Shown here: positions 30,619-40,997 of the stretch, in pieces | Layout of the letters: each line of letters starts with the position of its first letter | How positions within the stretch are numbered: position 1 is the stretch's first letter | Assembly: GCA_041484665.1 (NCBI GenBank) | Contig: JBGPIA010000002.1 | Span: 160,001 to 224,000, forward strand | Reading direction: 5' to 3' | DNA length: 64,000 nt | From: Candidatus Krumholzibacteriia bacterium | Lineage (GTDB): Bacteria > Krumholzibacteriota > Krumholzibacteriia > JAJRXK01 | Made by a program: the position numbers and the translations under genes | The notes under the pieces: generated by a model | The model's database searches: none | Seen by the model: the letters and a program-made list of their open reading frames with translations, nothing else | Told to the model about the DNA's origin: nothing

Positions 30619-31049
30619 GACGGCTGACAGCCCCTGGATAGGACCAAACCGGTACGCGAACGGACCGACACACCCGGCGCCACGGCGCAGGTGCCGTCCG
30701 GCTGCACAACTTCAGATGTCCAGCAACCCGGATACCAGGCTTCTCGGGCTGGAAACTGCAAGGATGTTGACCCGACGTTCTACCATGGAATCGCTTTGTT
30801 TACAGGGGCTTGCCAGGTTCCAACCGGTGAGACTCCCGACTGACCTTCACCGCGCGGGAGCGTCCATTCGGCGGGGATCCCCCAACACTTGCGAGTCCAG
30901 ACGCCAAGTCTGACGGAACCGGGGGGCCGGCGTCAAGTCCACAACTTGTGACGTGTCGGTGACGGGAGGGGCGTTTCAGGACGTTTCGGGCGCGGCGGGA
31001 AAGCTCGTGGAGCTCGTGCAGCTGCGTGGCCCAACGCTGCCGGGTCAGG

Positions 31050-31790
31050 TTACTCGTCGCCGTAGGAGCTGGAGTCGTAGTCGTAGTAGGACGGCAGCAC
31101 GTTGGCCGCGTTGTTGAGCACGACTCCCAGCAGATTCGCGCGCCCGTCCCGCAGCACGTCGCGCGCGCGCAGGATCACTTCGCGGGGCGTGAGGCCCGCC
31201 ATCGCCACGAGGATCACTCCGTCCACTTCCGCGCCGAGCAGCGTCGAGTCGGCCACCGGCATCACCGGCGGCGCATCGAAGATCACCATCTCGTAGCGGG
31301 TGCGCAGCTCGGCCACCAGGCGAGTCAGCGCGCGGGTCTCGAACAGACCGCCGGGGCTTTGTACCCGCGTGCCGCACGTGATGATGCGCAGGTTTTCGTG
31401 GGGCGTCTCGCGCAGCACGTCCGCCAGCTTGGCATCGGCCCTCAGCAGGTCGCTGAGGCCCTTGCCGCGCGGGAGGTCCATCATCTTATGCAGTACCGGA
31501 CGGCGCAGATCGCCGTCGATGAGCACCGTCTCGGTGCGCTTGTGCCTCGCGACGGTCACGGCGAGGTTGCTGGAGGTCGTGCTCTTTCCCTCGCCGTGCT
31601 CGGCACTGGTGACCATCAGCACGCTGAGGTTCTCCCGGCGCAGCCGCGGGCGCAGCTTCGTGTAGAGCCGGCGCATCTCGACGGCCAAGGGGGACTCGAA
31701 GTCCTCGGGCGTCGTGGTGAGCAGGTGCGGCAGCGCCGTGCGCTCGACGCGCTCGTCGGTCTCGATCCGCTCGTGCTTGGCGATGCTCAC
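31050..31790 (-). CDS. BY-kinase (CpsD/CapB-type tyrosine kinase)
   Basis: GEGKST, LIDGDLRRP, IFDAPP, C-terminal Tyr cluster SYYDYDSSSY. Confidence 0.93.
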   Translation of the reverse strand: MSIAKHERIETDERVERTALPHLLTTTPEDFESPLAVEMRRLYTKLRPRLRRENLSVLMVTSAEHGEGKSTTSSNLAVTVARHKRTETVLIDGDLRRPVLHKMMDLPRGKGLSDLLRADAKLADVLRETPHENLRIITCGTRVQSPGGLFETRALTRLVAELRTRYEMVIFDAPPVMPVADSTLLGAEVDGVILVAMAGLTPREVILRARDVLRDGRANLLGVVLNNAANVLPSYYDYDSSSYGDE

Positions 31791-33553
31791 GGCGTGCCCT
31801 TGGCTTGGTCGAGCTGCCCGGCGGCCCCCACGGCGTCGAGGTTGATCTTGTCCTTGACGGTGCTGTGCTTGTAGCTCAGGACGAGTAGCGTCATCGCCCC
31901 CACCAGCGTGACCGTGAAGGCGCTGTGCCACATCAGGCTCTGGCGCCGCTGCTTGCGCTCCCATCGGAACCCGCCGGCGAAGCGTGGCAGAGTGCCGAGC
32001 ACCTCCAGGCCGGTCACCGCTGCGACCTCGTGCGCGTCCTTGAAGCTGGTGTCCATGTACTCGGCGAAGAACGCCGCGCCCAGGCCGATGCCCAGAGCGA
32101 GCACGAGTGCAAGCAGGCCGATCTTCGCCGTGTTGGGCTGGGCGGGGAACAGCGGCTTCTTGGCCGGCTCGAGGATGCGCACCTGCGTGCCGGAGCCCGA
32201 CGCGGCGCCGCTGCGGGCCGCCAGACCGGTCTGTCGGGCGTCGACGAGGCTCTGGTAGGTCTCCTCCTGGCGCTTGACCTCCGCTCCCAGCGCTCCGAGC
32301 TCCTGGTCGCGCGCCAGCTGCGACTTCACCGTCGTCTCGTAGTTCTTGAGCTCGGCGGAGATCCTGAACTCGTGGTCGGTGAGCACGTCGCCCACGATTG
32401 CCAGCTCGAAGCGCCGCGTGAGCAGCGCGCGCACGGCTGCCTCCAGCTGGGGATACTGCTGCGCCGTCAGCTCGGTCAGGCGCTCGCCCATACGGTTGCG
32501 CTGCACTTCGATGCGCTGTCGCCCCAAAGCGAGCGGCACAGTGGCCGTCTTGCCTGCGCTGTCCGTGCCGTTGCTGAGCTGCGCCAGGTCGTCCTCCCGC
32601 TCCAGGGCCGCGAGACGCGCCTTGTGGTTGGCCACCTGCGGGTCGTTGAGCACGGCGTCGTTGCGCGGGACGTTGCCCAGCGCCGACATGAGCTGCGTGT
32701 CGACGTTGCGGAGCTGACCCCGCGTCTCGTCGAGGTCCAACCGCACCCGGTGCACCAGGCGCTCCGCCCGCCGGCGGTTGTTCTTGTTCACCGGGTTGCC
32801 GCGCGGCTCGTCGCTGACGGGCAGGCCCCGCTTGAAGTCCGCCAGCGCCTGCTCCGCCTTGTCGAGCTCGCGACGGTTCGACTCGAGCTGCTCGTCGGTC
32901 ACCGAGCTGGTCGATGCCGGCGGCTCGAGGTGGTCCTTGGTCATTTGATCGACGAACGCCTGCGTCACTGCCTCGTCGAGCTTCCAGGCCGTGGCCGGGT
33001 CGTTGTCCTGCACGGCGATGATGAAGATGTCGCTCCCGCGGCTGCGCACGCCGATCTTCTGCCGCAGGCGCTCGATCAGGATGCGCTCCGCGATCACGTC
33101 CTGGCTCTGGTCGTGCAGGCGCCCCTGCTGGAGCGAGCGCGCTTCCTCCACCAGCTTGGGGTCCTCGCCCAGGCGCAGGTCGCGGATCAGAGGCGTGAGC
33201 AGCTCGCTGCTCCGCAGCGTCTCGCTGACCACCAGCCGCCGGTTGTTGTCGCGGGCGCGCTGCATCTCCCGCGTCATGATCATCTGGTCGATCTGGTTGC
33301 CGGTGTGGCGCTCTTCGATGAGGATCGCGCTGGTGCAGACGAAGATCGGAGTGATCACCTGCAGCCCGACCACAGTCGCGGAGCCGATGACCAAGAGCGG
33401 CAGGATCACAGAGAGGCGGCGGCGGTTGAGGATCTGGGGGATCCGGCGCGGATCGAACCCGGGCACAACCCTGCTCCGCTGCGACGCCTCACCCCGCGGC
33501 AGCGGAGGCTCCCCTTCGCCGGCGGACCCGCCGGCACCGGGGTGTTCGCCCAT
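31787..33553 (-). CDS. Polysaccharide co-polymerase / chain-length determinant (GumC/Wzc periplasmic type)
   Basis: N-terminal TM, long coiled coil, RILEPAKKP..PAQPN, TM, EYMDTSF...VLGTLP; coupled to the BY-kinase. Confidence 0.85.
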   Translation of the reverse strand: MGEHPGAGGSAGEGEPPLPRGEASQRSRVVPGFDPRRIPQILNRRRLSVILPLLVIGSATVVGLQVITPIFVCTSAILIEERHTGNQIDQMIMTREMQRARDNNRRLVVSETLRSSELLTPLIRDLRLGEDPKLVEEARSLQQGRLHDQSQDVIAERILIERLRQKIGVRSRGSDIFIIAVQDNDPATAWKLDEAVTQAFVDQMTKDHLEPPASTSSVTDEQLESNRRELDKAEQALADFKRGLPVSDEPRGNPVNKNNRRRAERLVHRVRLDLDETRGQLRNVDTQLMSALGNVPRNDAVLNDPQVANHKARLAALEREDDLAQLSNGTDSAGKTATVPLALGRQRIEVQRNRMGERLTELTAQQYPQLEAAVRALLTRRFELAIVGDVLTDHEFRISAELKNYETTVKSQLARDQELGALGAEVKRQEETYQSLVDARQTGLAARSGAASGSGTQVRILEPAKKPLFPAQPNTAKIGLLALVLALGIGLGAAFFAEYMDTSFKDAHEVAAVTGLEVLGTLPRFAGGFRWERKQRRQSLMWHSAFTVTLVGAMTLLVLSYKHSTVKDKINLDAVGAAGQLDQAKGTP

Positions 33554-33964
33554 CGGTCTGCGCTGGCTCACGGCTGCGATGCTCTCCCGCTGCACAGGAC
33601 GGGGTCGGGTGGGAGTTTGCGCTGCGGGGAGCCAGCCGGCGGGTCGCTGTGGCCAGGAATCTGCCCCTGGCTGCGTCAGGACGCCAGCCTGCGGGCCTGC
33701 ATGCTCCAGACTACCCACGCCACCCGGACACCGGTAGCAAGAAACATGACCGTGGCGGGCTGCGTGAAGGGTGGGCCGGGCTCGGCGGCTCTTGTCCGCC
33801 CATGGGACGGTGCTGGCCCGGGCTGCCCGCACCGATCTCGGCCTCTCCCCCGGGCCCCGCGGGTGGTCCAGGGCCCTCCCGGGACCCCTCCCAGGGCCCT
33901 GCCCCGGGCCCCGCTGGGGGCCTGTGCCCGGGAACGGATGCCCGGCTCCGGCGGGACGCCCGGG

Positions 33965-34912
33965 TCAGGCGGGGGTGCCTGCCCGGAAGGTCCGGTACCA
34001 GTCCACGGTGGCGCGCATGCCCTGCTCGACCGGAACCGTCACCTCGTAGCCCAGCAGGCGCCTGGCCAGGCCGATATCCGCCTGCGAGTGGCGGACGTCT
34101 CCGACGCGGGCGGGTCCGTGCTGCGGTTGGAGCGAGGATCCCAGGATCCGCGCGATCATCGCGTAGAGCTGGTTGAGCGTGATCCGGCCGCCGAGGGCCA
34201 CGTTCACCACCTCGCCGGACAGTCGCGGGACGCTCAGCGCCTTGAGATTGGCCTGCACGACGTTGGCGACGTAGGTGAAATCGCGCGACTGCTCCCCGTC
34301 GCCGTCGATGACCGGGGCGCGCCCATCCAGCAGCGCGTCGATGAACAGGGGGATCACCGCAGCGTAGGCGCCTTTGGGGTCCTGCCGCGGGCCGAACACG
34401 TTGAAATAGCGTACGGCCAGCGTCTGCATGCCGTACACCGCCGCGAAGGCGCAGGTGTAGTGCTCGGCGGCGAGCTTGGCCACGGCGTAGGGCGACTTCG
34501 GCCGCGTGGGCATCGTCTCCACCTTGGGCAGCTGCTCGCTGTCGCCGTACGCTGAGCTGCTCGCCGCGTAGATGAAACGCTTCACGCCGGCATCGCGGGC
34601 CGCCACGAGCAGGTTGAGCGTCCCGCTGACGTTCGCCTCGTTACTGGCCACGGGGTCCTTGACGCTGCGCGGCACCGACGCCAGCGCCGCCTCATGGAAG
34701 ACGTGGTCGCAGCCGTCCACGGCCCGCCGTACCACCTCCCGGTCGGTGACGCTGCCCACGATGAGCTCGACCTTGCCCACGGCGTCCACGTTGCGCTGGT
34801 ATCCCGTGGAGAGGTCGTCCAAGATGCGGACCCGGTCTCCCTGCTGAACCAGGGCTGCCGCGATGTGGGAGCCGATGAAGCCGGCTCCGCCGGTCACGAG
34901 GATCGTCGCCAT
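33965..34912 (-). CDS. NAD-dependent UDP-sugar 4-epimerase (WbpP/TviC-like SDR)
   Basis: GGAGFIGSH, HEAALASVPRSV, YAVAK, RYFNVFGPRQDP. Confidence 0.92.
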   Translation of the reverse strand: MATILVTGGAGFIGSHIAAALVQQGDRVRILDDLSTGYQRNVDAVGKVELIVGSVTDREVVRRAVDGCDHVFHEAALASVPRSVKDPVASNEANVSGTLNLLVAARDAGVKRFIYAASSSAYGDSEQLPKVETMPTRPKSPYAVAKLAAEHYTCAFAAVYGMQTLAVRYFNVFGPRQDPKGAYAAVIPLFIDALLDGRAPVIDGDGEQSRDFTYVANVVQANLKALSVPRLSGEVVNVALGGRITLNQLYAMIARILGSSLQPQHGPARVGDVRHSQADIGLARRLLGYEVTVPVEQGMRATVDWYRTFRAGTPA

Positions 34913-34942
34913 GCGCGCTCTCCTTGCTTGGCTGATGACGGG

Positions 34943-36238
34943 CTAGAGGCGGAACAGGTTGGGCGCGCGGACACCGCGCAGCGCGTGCCGGGCGTCCACG
35001 ACGGTCTGGCAGTCGCGCACCAGCGCCGGGTGGTCCACGCCGTCGTGGCGCGTGGCGACCACGGCGCAGTGGAACGTGGCCAGCGCCGCTGGCGTCAGGC
35101 TTGCCAACCGCGGCACGGGCTCCCCCACGGAGATCGCCGGCACGTGGGGGTCGAAGTACCACAGCTCGCCGCCGCGGTGGCGCAGCAGCTCGATGATGTC
35201 CAGCGCGGGAGACTCGCGCGTGTCGTCGATGTTGCTCTTGTAGGCCACGCCCACCATCAGGATCTTGCTGCCGCGAACCGGACGCGAGATGGAGTTGAGG
35301 GCCTGCCCCACCAAGTCCGCCACGAACGCCGGCATGCTGCCGTTCACCGTGCCAGCCAGCTCAATGAAGCGCGCCTCGAAGCCGCTGGCGCGCGCCTTCC
35401 AGCTCAGGTAGAAGGGGTCGATGGGAATGCAATGCCCGCCCAGCCCCGGGCCGGGATAGAAGGGCATGAAGCCGAATGGCTTGGTCGCCGCGGCATCGAT
35501 CACGTCCCAGACGTCGATCTCCATCTTGTGGCACATCTGCGCCAGCTCGTTCACCAGACCGATGTTCACGCTTCGAAACGTGTTCTCGAGCAGCTTGACC
35601 ATCTCGGCCACCTTCGCTCCGGACACGGGGACGACGGTGCTGAGGGTGGCGCGGTACAGGGAGGCCGCCATCTCGGTGCAGGCCGGTGTGATCCCCCCCA
35701 CAACCTTGGGGATGTTCTTGGTATTGAAGCGGGAGTTGCCCGGATCGACGCGCTCGGGCGAGAAGGCGAGGAAGAAATCCTCGCCGACCTTCAGCCCACC
35801 GGCCTGCAAGCGCGGGAGGATCACCTCCTCGGTCGTGCCTGGATAGGTCGTGCTCTCGAGCACGATCAGCTGGCCCGGGTGCAGCGTCTGCGCGATCTTC
35901 TCGACGGCCGCGTCGATGTAGCTGATATCGGGGTCGCGCGTCTTGGAGAGCGGCGTGGGCACGCAGATCTCCACCGAGTCGACTTCGGCGAGCTTGCGGT
36001 AGTCCGTCGTCGCACTGAGGCGGCCCGCGCCGACGAGCTCCTTGAGCAGCGGCGACGCAATGTCGCCGATATAGCTCTCGCCACGGTTGACGGCGTCCAC
36101 CTTGTGCTTGTCCACGTCGATGCCCGTCACCCGGAAGCCCGCGCGCGCGAACTCCACGGCCAGCGGTAATCCGACGTAGCCCAGCCCGATCACCGAGAGA
36201 TGCGCCGTCTTGCTCGCGAGCTTGTCCTGGATGCTCAC
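34943..36238 (-). CDS. UDP-N-acetylhexosamine 6-dehydrogenase (WbpA/WecC-like)
   Basis: GLGYVGLPLA, CVPTP, ESTTYPGTT, FSPERVDPGN, GGHCIPIDP, DTRESP. Confidence 0.93.
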   Translation of the reverse strand: MSIQDKLASKTAHLSVIGLGYVGLPLAVEFARAGFRVTGIDVDKHKVDAVNRGESYIGDIASPLLKELVGAGRLSATTDYRKLAEVDSVEICVPTPLSKTRDPDISYIDAAVEKIAQTLHPGQLIVLESTTYPGTTEEVILPRLQAGGLKVGEDFFLAFSPERVDPGNSRFNTKNIPKVVGGITPACTEMAASLYRATLSTVVPVSGAKVAEMVKLLENTFRSVNIGLVNELAQMCHKMEIDVWDVIDAAATKPFGFMPFYPGPGLGGHCIPIDPFYLSWKARASGFEARFIELAGTVNGSMPAFVADLVGQALNSISRPVRGSKILMVGVAYKSNIDDTRESPALDIIELLRHRGGELWYFDPHVPAISVGEPVPRLASLTPAALATFHCAVVATRHDGVDHPALVRDCQTVVDARHALRGVRAPNLFRL

Positions 36239-37287
36239 CGTTGGTCCTCCTGAGCGGGCGCCGTCGTGTCCACCAACCCCACCGTCGAGACCTGGTTCTT
36301 CCCCTCGAACTTCGCCCGGTACAGCCGCCGGTCGGATGCCATGAGCAGCGCGCGGGGATCCTGCCCGTCCTGCGGGTAGAGGGCGATGCCCATGCTCACC
36401 GTCAGGCGGTTGGTCGCGTCGCCCTCGAAGTGATGATGCTCCACGCGCCGCAGGACACGCTCGGCGAACGCCAGCGCTCCGGCCAGCCCCGTGTTGGGAA
36501 GGACGACGCTGAACTCGTCGCCGCCGTACTTGGCGACCAGATCGCTGTCCCGCGCGCTGCGCCGTAGCAGCTCGGCCAGGTCCTTCAGCGCCGCGCTCCC
36601 GGCCAGATGGCCATGCAGGTCATTGTATTCCTTGAGGTTATCCACATCAATCATGCAAACCGCCAGCGGCTCGCCAAAACGGTGACCGCGTTTGATCTCG
36701 CGGCCCAGCGCCTCCATGAAGTAGCGGTAATTGTAGGCGCCGGTGAGCCCGTCGGTGCTGGCCTCGGCCTCGAGCTTGTGGTAGAGGTCCGCGTTCTCCA
36801 ACGCCACCGCCGCCTGGTTTGCCAAGAGCGCGAGCATCTTGGCGTCCTCGCCGCCGTACATCTGGTCCTTGGCGAAGACCATCAGCACACCCAGCTGGCG
36901 CGCGCGAGCATTGAGCGGCGCGCTGAGCAGCACGGCGGGCGGGCTGGCCAGGTTGCCCAGCGGGTGGCGCGAGCGCTCGAGATCTCGGCGGTGCAGCCCG
37001 GCGGCGTTCTCCTGCTGGATCCACTGCACGAGGTTGCGGCTTTTGGGCAGCGTCTGGACGCTGAGCACCTCGCGCCCGGACTCCTCGCCCTTGAGCACGA
37101 AGCGACGGATGCCGTCCTCTTTGAGCAACAGCAGGTGGACGAAGCGCGCCGCCAGGAGCTCCGCGCAGGTGCGCAGCACGCGCTCCAGGATGATTTCCTC
37201 CCGCCGTGGACCGACGTTGATCAGCGCCGACAGGTCGAGGATCGCCTCCACCAGGCGTTCCCAACGGGAAGCTCGCAAGGATTCCAT
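36235..37287 (-). CDS. GAF-GGDEF diguanylate cyclase
   Basis: TDGLTGAYNYR, DVDNLKEYND.HGH, intact GGDEF preceded by RxxD I-site (RDSD). Confidence 0.93.
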   Translation of the reverse strand: MESLRASRWERLVEAILDLSALINVGPRREEIILERVLRTCAELLAARFVHLLLLKEDGIRRFVLKGEESGREVLSVQTLPKSRNLVQWIQQENAAGLHRRDLERSRHPLGNLASPPAVLLSAPLNARARQLGVLMVFAKDQMYGGEDAKMLALLANQAAVALENADLYHKLEAEASTDGLTGAYNYRYFMEALGREIKRGHRFGEPLAVCMIDVDNLKEYNDLHGHLAGSAALKDLAELLRRSARDSDLVAKYGGDEFSVVLPNTGLAGALAFAERVLRRVEHHHFEGDATNRLTVSMGIALYPQDGQDPRALLMASDRRLYRAKFEGKNQVSTVGLVDTTAPAQEDQR

Positions 37288-37338
37288 GGGTCGCCCACCT
37301 GCGGACCGGGCTGCGCGGACTGGAGCCGTGCGCTGGTT

Positions 37339-37354
37339 TGCAACCACCATGCCA
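37339..37354 (-). promoter_or_regulatory. Sigma-54 (-24/-12) promoter
   Basis: TGGCATGGTGGTTGCA with correct GG-N10-GC spacing, ~50 bp upstream of the DGC ATG. Confidence 0.8.
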
Positions 37355-37393
37355 GCAAGGATTTGGGAGGGATGCGGCGGGCGCCATCGCGGC

Positions 37394-37789
37394 TCAATTG
37401 CCATCGTCGGGGGGCGGTTCCTCCTGCCGCAGACTCGCTCTGAGCTCGTCCTGGCGCGCGCGGATCGCGCCCAGCTCGCGCCAGGCGGAGCGAGCGCGCA
37501 GCGCGCAGAAGACAAGCGCGAGCAGTGCGACCGCTGGCAGCGAGAGGCGTTGCGGGAGCGCGCGGCCAACGAGACGGATCTGCGCCACCCGCCACAGCGT
37601 CTGCGCCAGCCACAGCAGCATCGCGGCCAGCGCGGCCCACAGCCCCAGCAGGATCACCAGGCGCGCGCTGTCCTCACGGTCGCGGCGCAGCTGGGTGTGG
37701 GCGCGCGAGAGCGTGCGGGCCGGGGGGCGCCCCCGAGCGCGCCAGCGCGTGGATAGCCGCTCGCGCCGGTCGTCAGGGGAGCTCCTCAT
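37394..37789 (-). CDS. Hypothetical 2-TM membrane protein
   Basis: Two hydrophobic segments; fills the gap in a co-directional gene run. Confidence 0.5.
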   Translation of the reverse strand: MRSSPDDRRERLSTRWRARGRPPARTLSRAHTQLRRDREDSARLVILLGLWAALAAMLLWLAQTLWRVAQIRLVGRALPQRLSLPAVALLALVFCALRARSAWRELGAIRARQDELRASLRQEEPPPDDGN

Positions 37790-38033
37790 AGTCGGCTTCC
37801 TCCACCTCCTGGTCGCCGCCGCGCGCCCCGGCACGCGGTCCGCCGCGCGCCCCGGCGGGCGGTGGCTGCGGCCCGCCGCTCCGGCCCGCAGGCGGCGGCT
37901 GCGGCCCGCGTCGCTGCGCGGGTCCGCCCGAGAGTCCCTGCAGGTTGCGCCAGGCGAACGACAGCACGCGCAGCAGCAGCACCACCACCGCGTAGATGAA
38001 GAAGAGCCGCAACAGGCCGACGATTATTCCCAT
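37773..38033 (-). CDS. Small membrane protein with acidic C-terminal motif (DUF4834-like)
   Basis: N-terminal TM, Pro/Gly linker, C-terminal VEEADYEEL. Confidence 0.6.
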   Translation of the reverse strand: MGIIVGLLRLFFIYAVVVLLLRVLSFAWRNLQGLSGGPAQRRGPQPPPAGRSGGPQPPPAGARGGPRAGARGGDQEVEEADYEELP

Positions 38034-38141
38034 GGGAGCCTTGGCCTCGCATCGCGCGGGCACTCCCGCGGGCGCGCGGCGGCCGGTGCCGGCGGGCAGC
38101 CAAACCGCCCACGGCCGGTCCGGGGCGGCGGCAGGAGAGGA

Positions 38142-38218
38142 TGGTGCGCCCGACAGGATTCGAACCTGCGGCCTCTTGCTCCGGAGGCAAGCGCTCTATC
38201 CAACTGAGCTACGGGCGC
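38142..38218 (-). tRNA. tRNA-Arg(CCG)
   Basis: GCGCCCG acceptor stem, anticodon arm CTTGC-CTCCGGA-GCAAG, GGTTCGAATCC, CCA. Confidence 0.96.
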
Positions 38219-38278
38219 GTTTTCATCGCACCGCGGGGCCGCAGGCCCCGCGCGGGGTCCGCCCCGGCGGCCGGCCCC

Positions 38279-38307
38279 AATATCGCAGATGGGACAGACC
38301 CCTGCAA
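38279..38307 (-). promoter_or_regulatory. Possible sigma-70 promoter for tRNA-Arg(CCG)
   Basis: TTGCAG-N17-GATATT with extended -10 TG. Confidence 0.45.
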
Positions 38308-38323
38308 CGGGGCAGCGCGAGGC

Positions 38324-39538
38324 TCACTCCGGCGGCGTTGTCTGGCGGCGGGCCACTTCCACGTCCTTGTCGCCGCGCCCCGACAGATTGACCACCACCA
38401 GGTCATGGGCCGCCGTGCGCGGCATCAGGCGCTCGAGCTCGGCCAGCGCGTGCGCGGACTCCAGGGCGGGCACGATCCCCTCCAGCCGGCTGAGGCGCGC
38501 GAACGCCGCCAGCGCCTCGTCATCGCCGGCGTGCACGTACTCGATGCGGCCGACGTCGTGGTAGTACGCGTGCTCCGGGCCCACGCTGGGGTAGTCGAGT
38601 CCAGCGCTCACGCTGTGGGTCGGCAGCACATTGCCGTCTTGGTCCTGCAGCAGCATGCTGCGTGTCCCGTGGAGCACGCCCGGGATGCCGGTGGCGAAGC
38701 GCGCCGCATGCTCGCCCGGCCCCAGCCCGCGTCCGCCCGCCTCCACGCCGATCATCCGCACCGCGGGATCGCCCAGGAACGCGTAGAACAGTCCGATGGA
38801 GTTGCTGCCGCCACCCACGCATGCCACCAGGTGGCTGGGCAGCCGGCCGTAGGCCGCCTGCACCTGCGCGCGAGCCTCCTCGCCGATCACCTTCTGGAAA
38901 TGCCGGACCATCAACGGAAAGGGATGCGGTCCCAGGACGCTGCCGAGCACGTAGTGCGTGTCGCGCACGGTGGCGACCCAATCGCGGATGGCCTCGTTGA
39001 TGGCGTCCTTCAGCGTGCGGCTGCCCGCGTCCACCGCCGTGACCTCGGCGCCCAGGAGCCGCATCCGGTAGACGTTGAGGGCCTGGCGCTCCATATCCAC
39101 CGATCCCATGTAGACGCGGCAGGCCAGCCCCAGCTTCGCGCAGGCCGTGGCCGTTGCCACGCCATGCTGTCCGGCGCCGGTCTCGGCGATGATGCGCCGC
39201 TTGCCCATGCGCTTGGCGAGCAGCACCTGCCCCAGGGCGTTGTTGATCTTGTGGGCGCCGGTGTGAGCCAGGTCCTCACGCTTGAGGAGCACGGGTGCCG
39301 TGCCGTAATGGGCGGTGAGCCCCGCGGCGAGCGTGAGGGGCGTGGGACGTCCTACGAAGTCGCGCAGCAGCAAAGCCAGCTGCGCGACGAACGCCGGGTC
39401 GTTGCGCGCCGCCGTAAACGACTCGGCGAGCTCGCGCAGCGCTCCCATGAGCGTCTCGGGCATGTAGCGGCCGCCGTAGGCGCCGAAGCGCCCATCCTCG
39501 CCCAGCGAGGGGTCGAACCGGAAGCCTGGATCGGTCAC
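38324..39538 (-). CDS. trpB: Tryptophan synthase beta subunit
   Basis: [47 protein letters not shown]. Confidence 0.97.
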   Translation of the reverse strand: MTDPGFRFDPSLGEDGRFGAYGGRYMPETLMGALRELAESFTAARNDPAFVAQLALLLRDFVGRPTPLTLAAGLTAHYGTAPVLLKREDLAHTGAHKINNALGQVLLAKRMGKRRIIAETGAGQHGVATATACAKLGLACRVYMGSVDMERQALNVYRMRLLGAEVTAVDAGSRTLKDAINEAIRDWVATVRDTHYVLGSVLGPHPFPLMVRHFQKVIGEEARAQVQAAYGRLPSHLVACVGGGSNSIGLFYAFLGDPAVRMIGVEAGGRGLGPGEHAARFATGIPGVLHGTRSMLLQDQDGNVLPTHSVSAGLDYPSVGPEHAYYHDVGRIEYVHAGDDEALAAFARLSRLEGIVPALESAHALAELERLMPRTAAHDLVVVNLSGRGDKDVEVARRQTTPPE

Positions 39539-40182
39539 GGCCGCTCCTGCGGATCGCCGGCGCCAGCCGCCGCCCGCGCCTGCTGGATGAACTGCGCCAC
39601 CTTCGCGGGGTCCTTGCGGCCGGGGCCCAGCTCGACACCCGAGGCCACATCCACGGCGAAGGGGCGCACGCATCGCACGGCATCGGCCACGCTGTTGGGC
39701 GTGAGCCCGCCCGCCAGGAACGTCCGCCGGCTGCGGGCCACCGGCACCGCCAGGCTCCAGTCGAAGCTCTTGCCGGTACCACCGCCACCGCGCTCGCTCG
39801 CCGTGTCCAGCAGGTCCGCCCACGCCCCGCTGTCCAAGCGGCTCTGCGCCACGCCCGCGGCGTCCACCGCGCGCGCCTGGATCACCCGCACCGGCAACGC
39901 CAGCCACTCTGGTCCGCGCTCCTGACCGTGCAGCTGGACGAGATCCAGGTCCAGGCGCTCGATCGCCGCCTCGACCTCCGCCAGCGGCGCGTCGCGGAAC
40001 ACGCCGACCACCTCGCAGGCGCCACGCACCTGGTCCAGCCACTGCGCGAGCTGCGCGATCTCGACCTGGCGGGGTCCAGCGGCGAAGACGAAGCCCAGGA
40101 AGTCCGCTCCGCAGGCTGCCGCGTGCGCGGCGTCCTGGGCGTTGGTCAGGCCGCAGATCTTCACGCGCACCGGCGCGATCAT
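39535..40182 (-). CDS. trpF: Phosphoribosylanthranilate isomerase
   Basis: [36 protein letters not shown]. Confidence 0.95.
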   Translation of the reverse strand: MIAPVRVKICGLTNAQDAAHAAACGADFLGFVFAAGPRQVEIAQLAQWLDQVRGACEVVGVFRDAPLAEVEAAIERLDLDLVQLHGQERGPEWLALPVRVIQARAVDAAGVAQSRLDSGAWADLLDTASERGGGGTGKSFDWSLAVPVARSRRTFLAGGLTPNSVADAVRCVRPFAVDVASGVELGPGRKDPAKVAQFIQQARAAAGAGDPQERP

Positions 40183-40997
40183 GGCGCGCTCCGGCCGGCT
40201 CCGAACAGGGCGCGGAAGCGCTCTGCGGGAGCGCCGCCGCGCATCAGGCCCTCGCCCACCAGCGCGGCGTCCGCACGCGAGCGCGCGACCGCCTGTGCGT
40301 CGGCCGGGTCGCGAACGCCGCTCTCGGCCACCACCACGCGGTCGCCGGGAATCGTGTCGATCAGGCGCAGCGCCCCCGACAGGTCCACGCTGAAATCGCG
40401 CAGGTCGCGGGCGTTGACGCCCACCAACGGAAAGTCCAGGCGCAGCAGCCGCGCGAGCTCCGCCTCGCCGTGGGCCTCGGCCAGCACCTCCATGCCCAGC
40501 TCCAGGGCGCGGTCGCGCAGCGCCGTGAGCAGGCCGTCGTCCAGTACCGCCGCCAGCAGCAGCAACGCGTCGGCGCCAAAGGCGCGCGCCTCGAGCACTT
40601 GGTAGACGTCCAGGATGAAGTCCTTGCGCACCAGCGGCAGGTCGACCGCTGCGCGCACCTCCGCCAGCGCCTCCAGGGATCCTCCGAAGTACGCGGGCTC
40701 GGTCAGCACCGAGAGCGCAACGCACCCCGCCGCCTCCAGCTCCCGCGCCGCGGAGGCGGGCTGCAGCGCGTCGTGGATGGAGCCGGCCGACGGGCTGCGG
40801 CGCTTCAGCTCGCCCACCACCCGCAGCGGCACGCGCGCGCCGTCCGGCAGGGCGTGGCGATGCAGCGCGGCGCGCAGCGGCCGCGGCGGGGCCTGTCCAG
40901 CCGCGCGGGCGGCCAGCTCGCGCAGCGGCACGCGCACGCGGCGCTCCGCCAGATCCGCGGCGACCTGCGCTACGATCTGCATCAGGGGCGCGCTCAT
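40179..40997 (-). CDS. trpC: Indole-3-glycerol phosphate synthase
   Basis: [39 protein letters not shown]. Confidence 0.95.
   Translation of the reverse strand: MSAPLMQIVAQVAADLAERRVRVPLRELAARAAGQAPPRPLRAALHRHALPDGARVPLRVVGELKRRSPSAGSIHDALQPASAARELEAAGCVALSVLTEPAYFGGSLEALAEVRAAVDLPLVRKDFILDVYQVLEARAFGADALLLLAAVLDDGLLTALRDRALELGMEVLAEAHGEAELARLLRLDFPLVGVNARDLRDFSVDLSGALRLIDTIPGDRVVVAESGVRDPADAQAVARSRADAALVGEGLMRGGAPAERFRALFGAGRSAP

Noticed and set aside
30800..30816. TGGCAAG..TGTA as a sigma-54 promoter for the sugar transferase
   Set aside because: -12 element lacks GC at the required spacing
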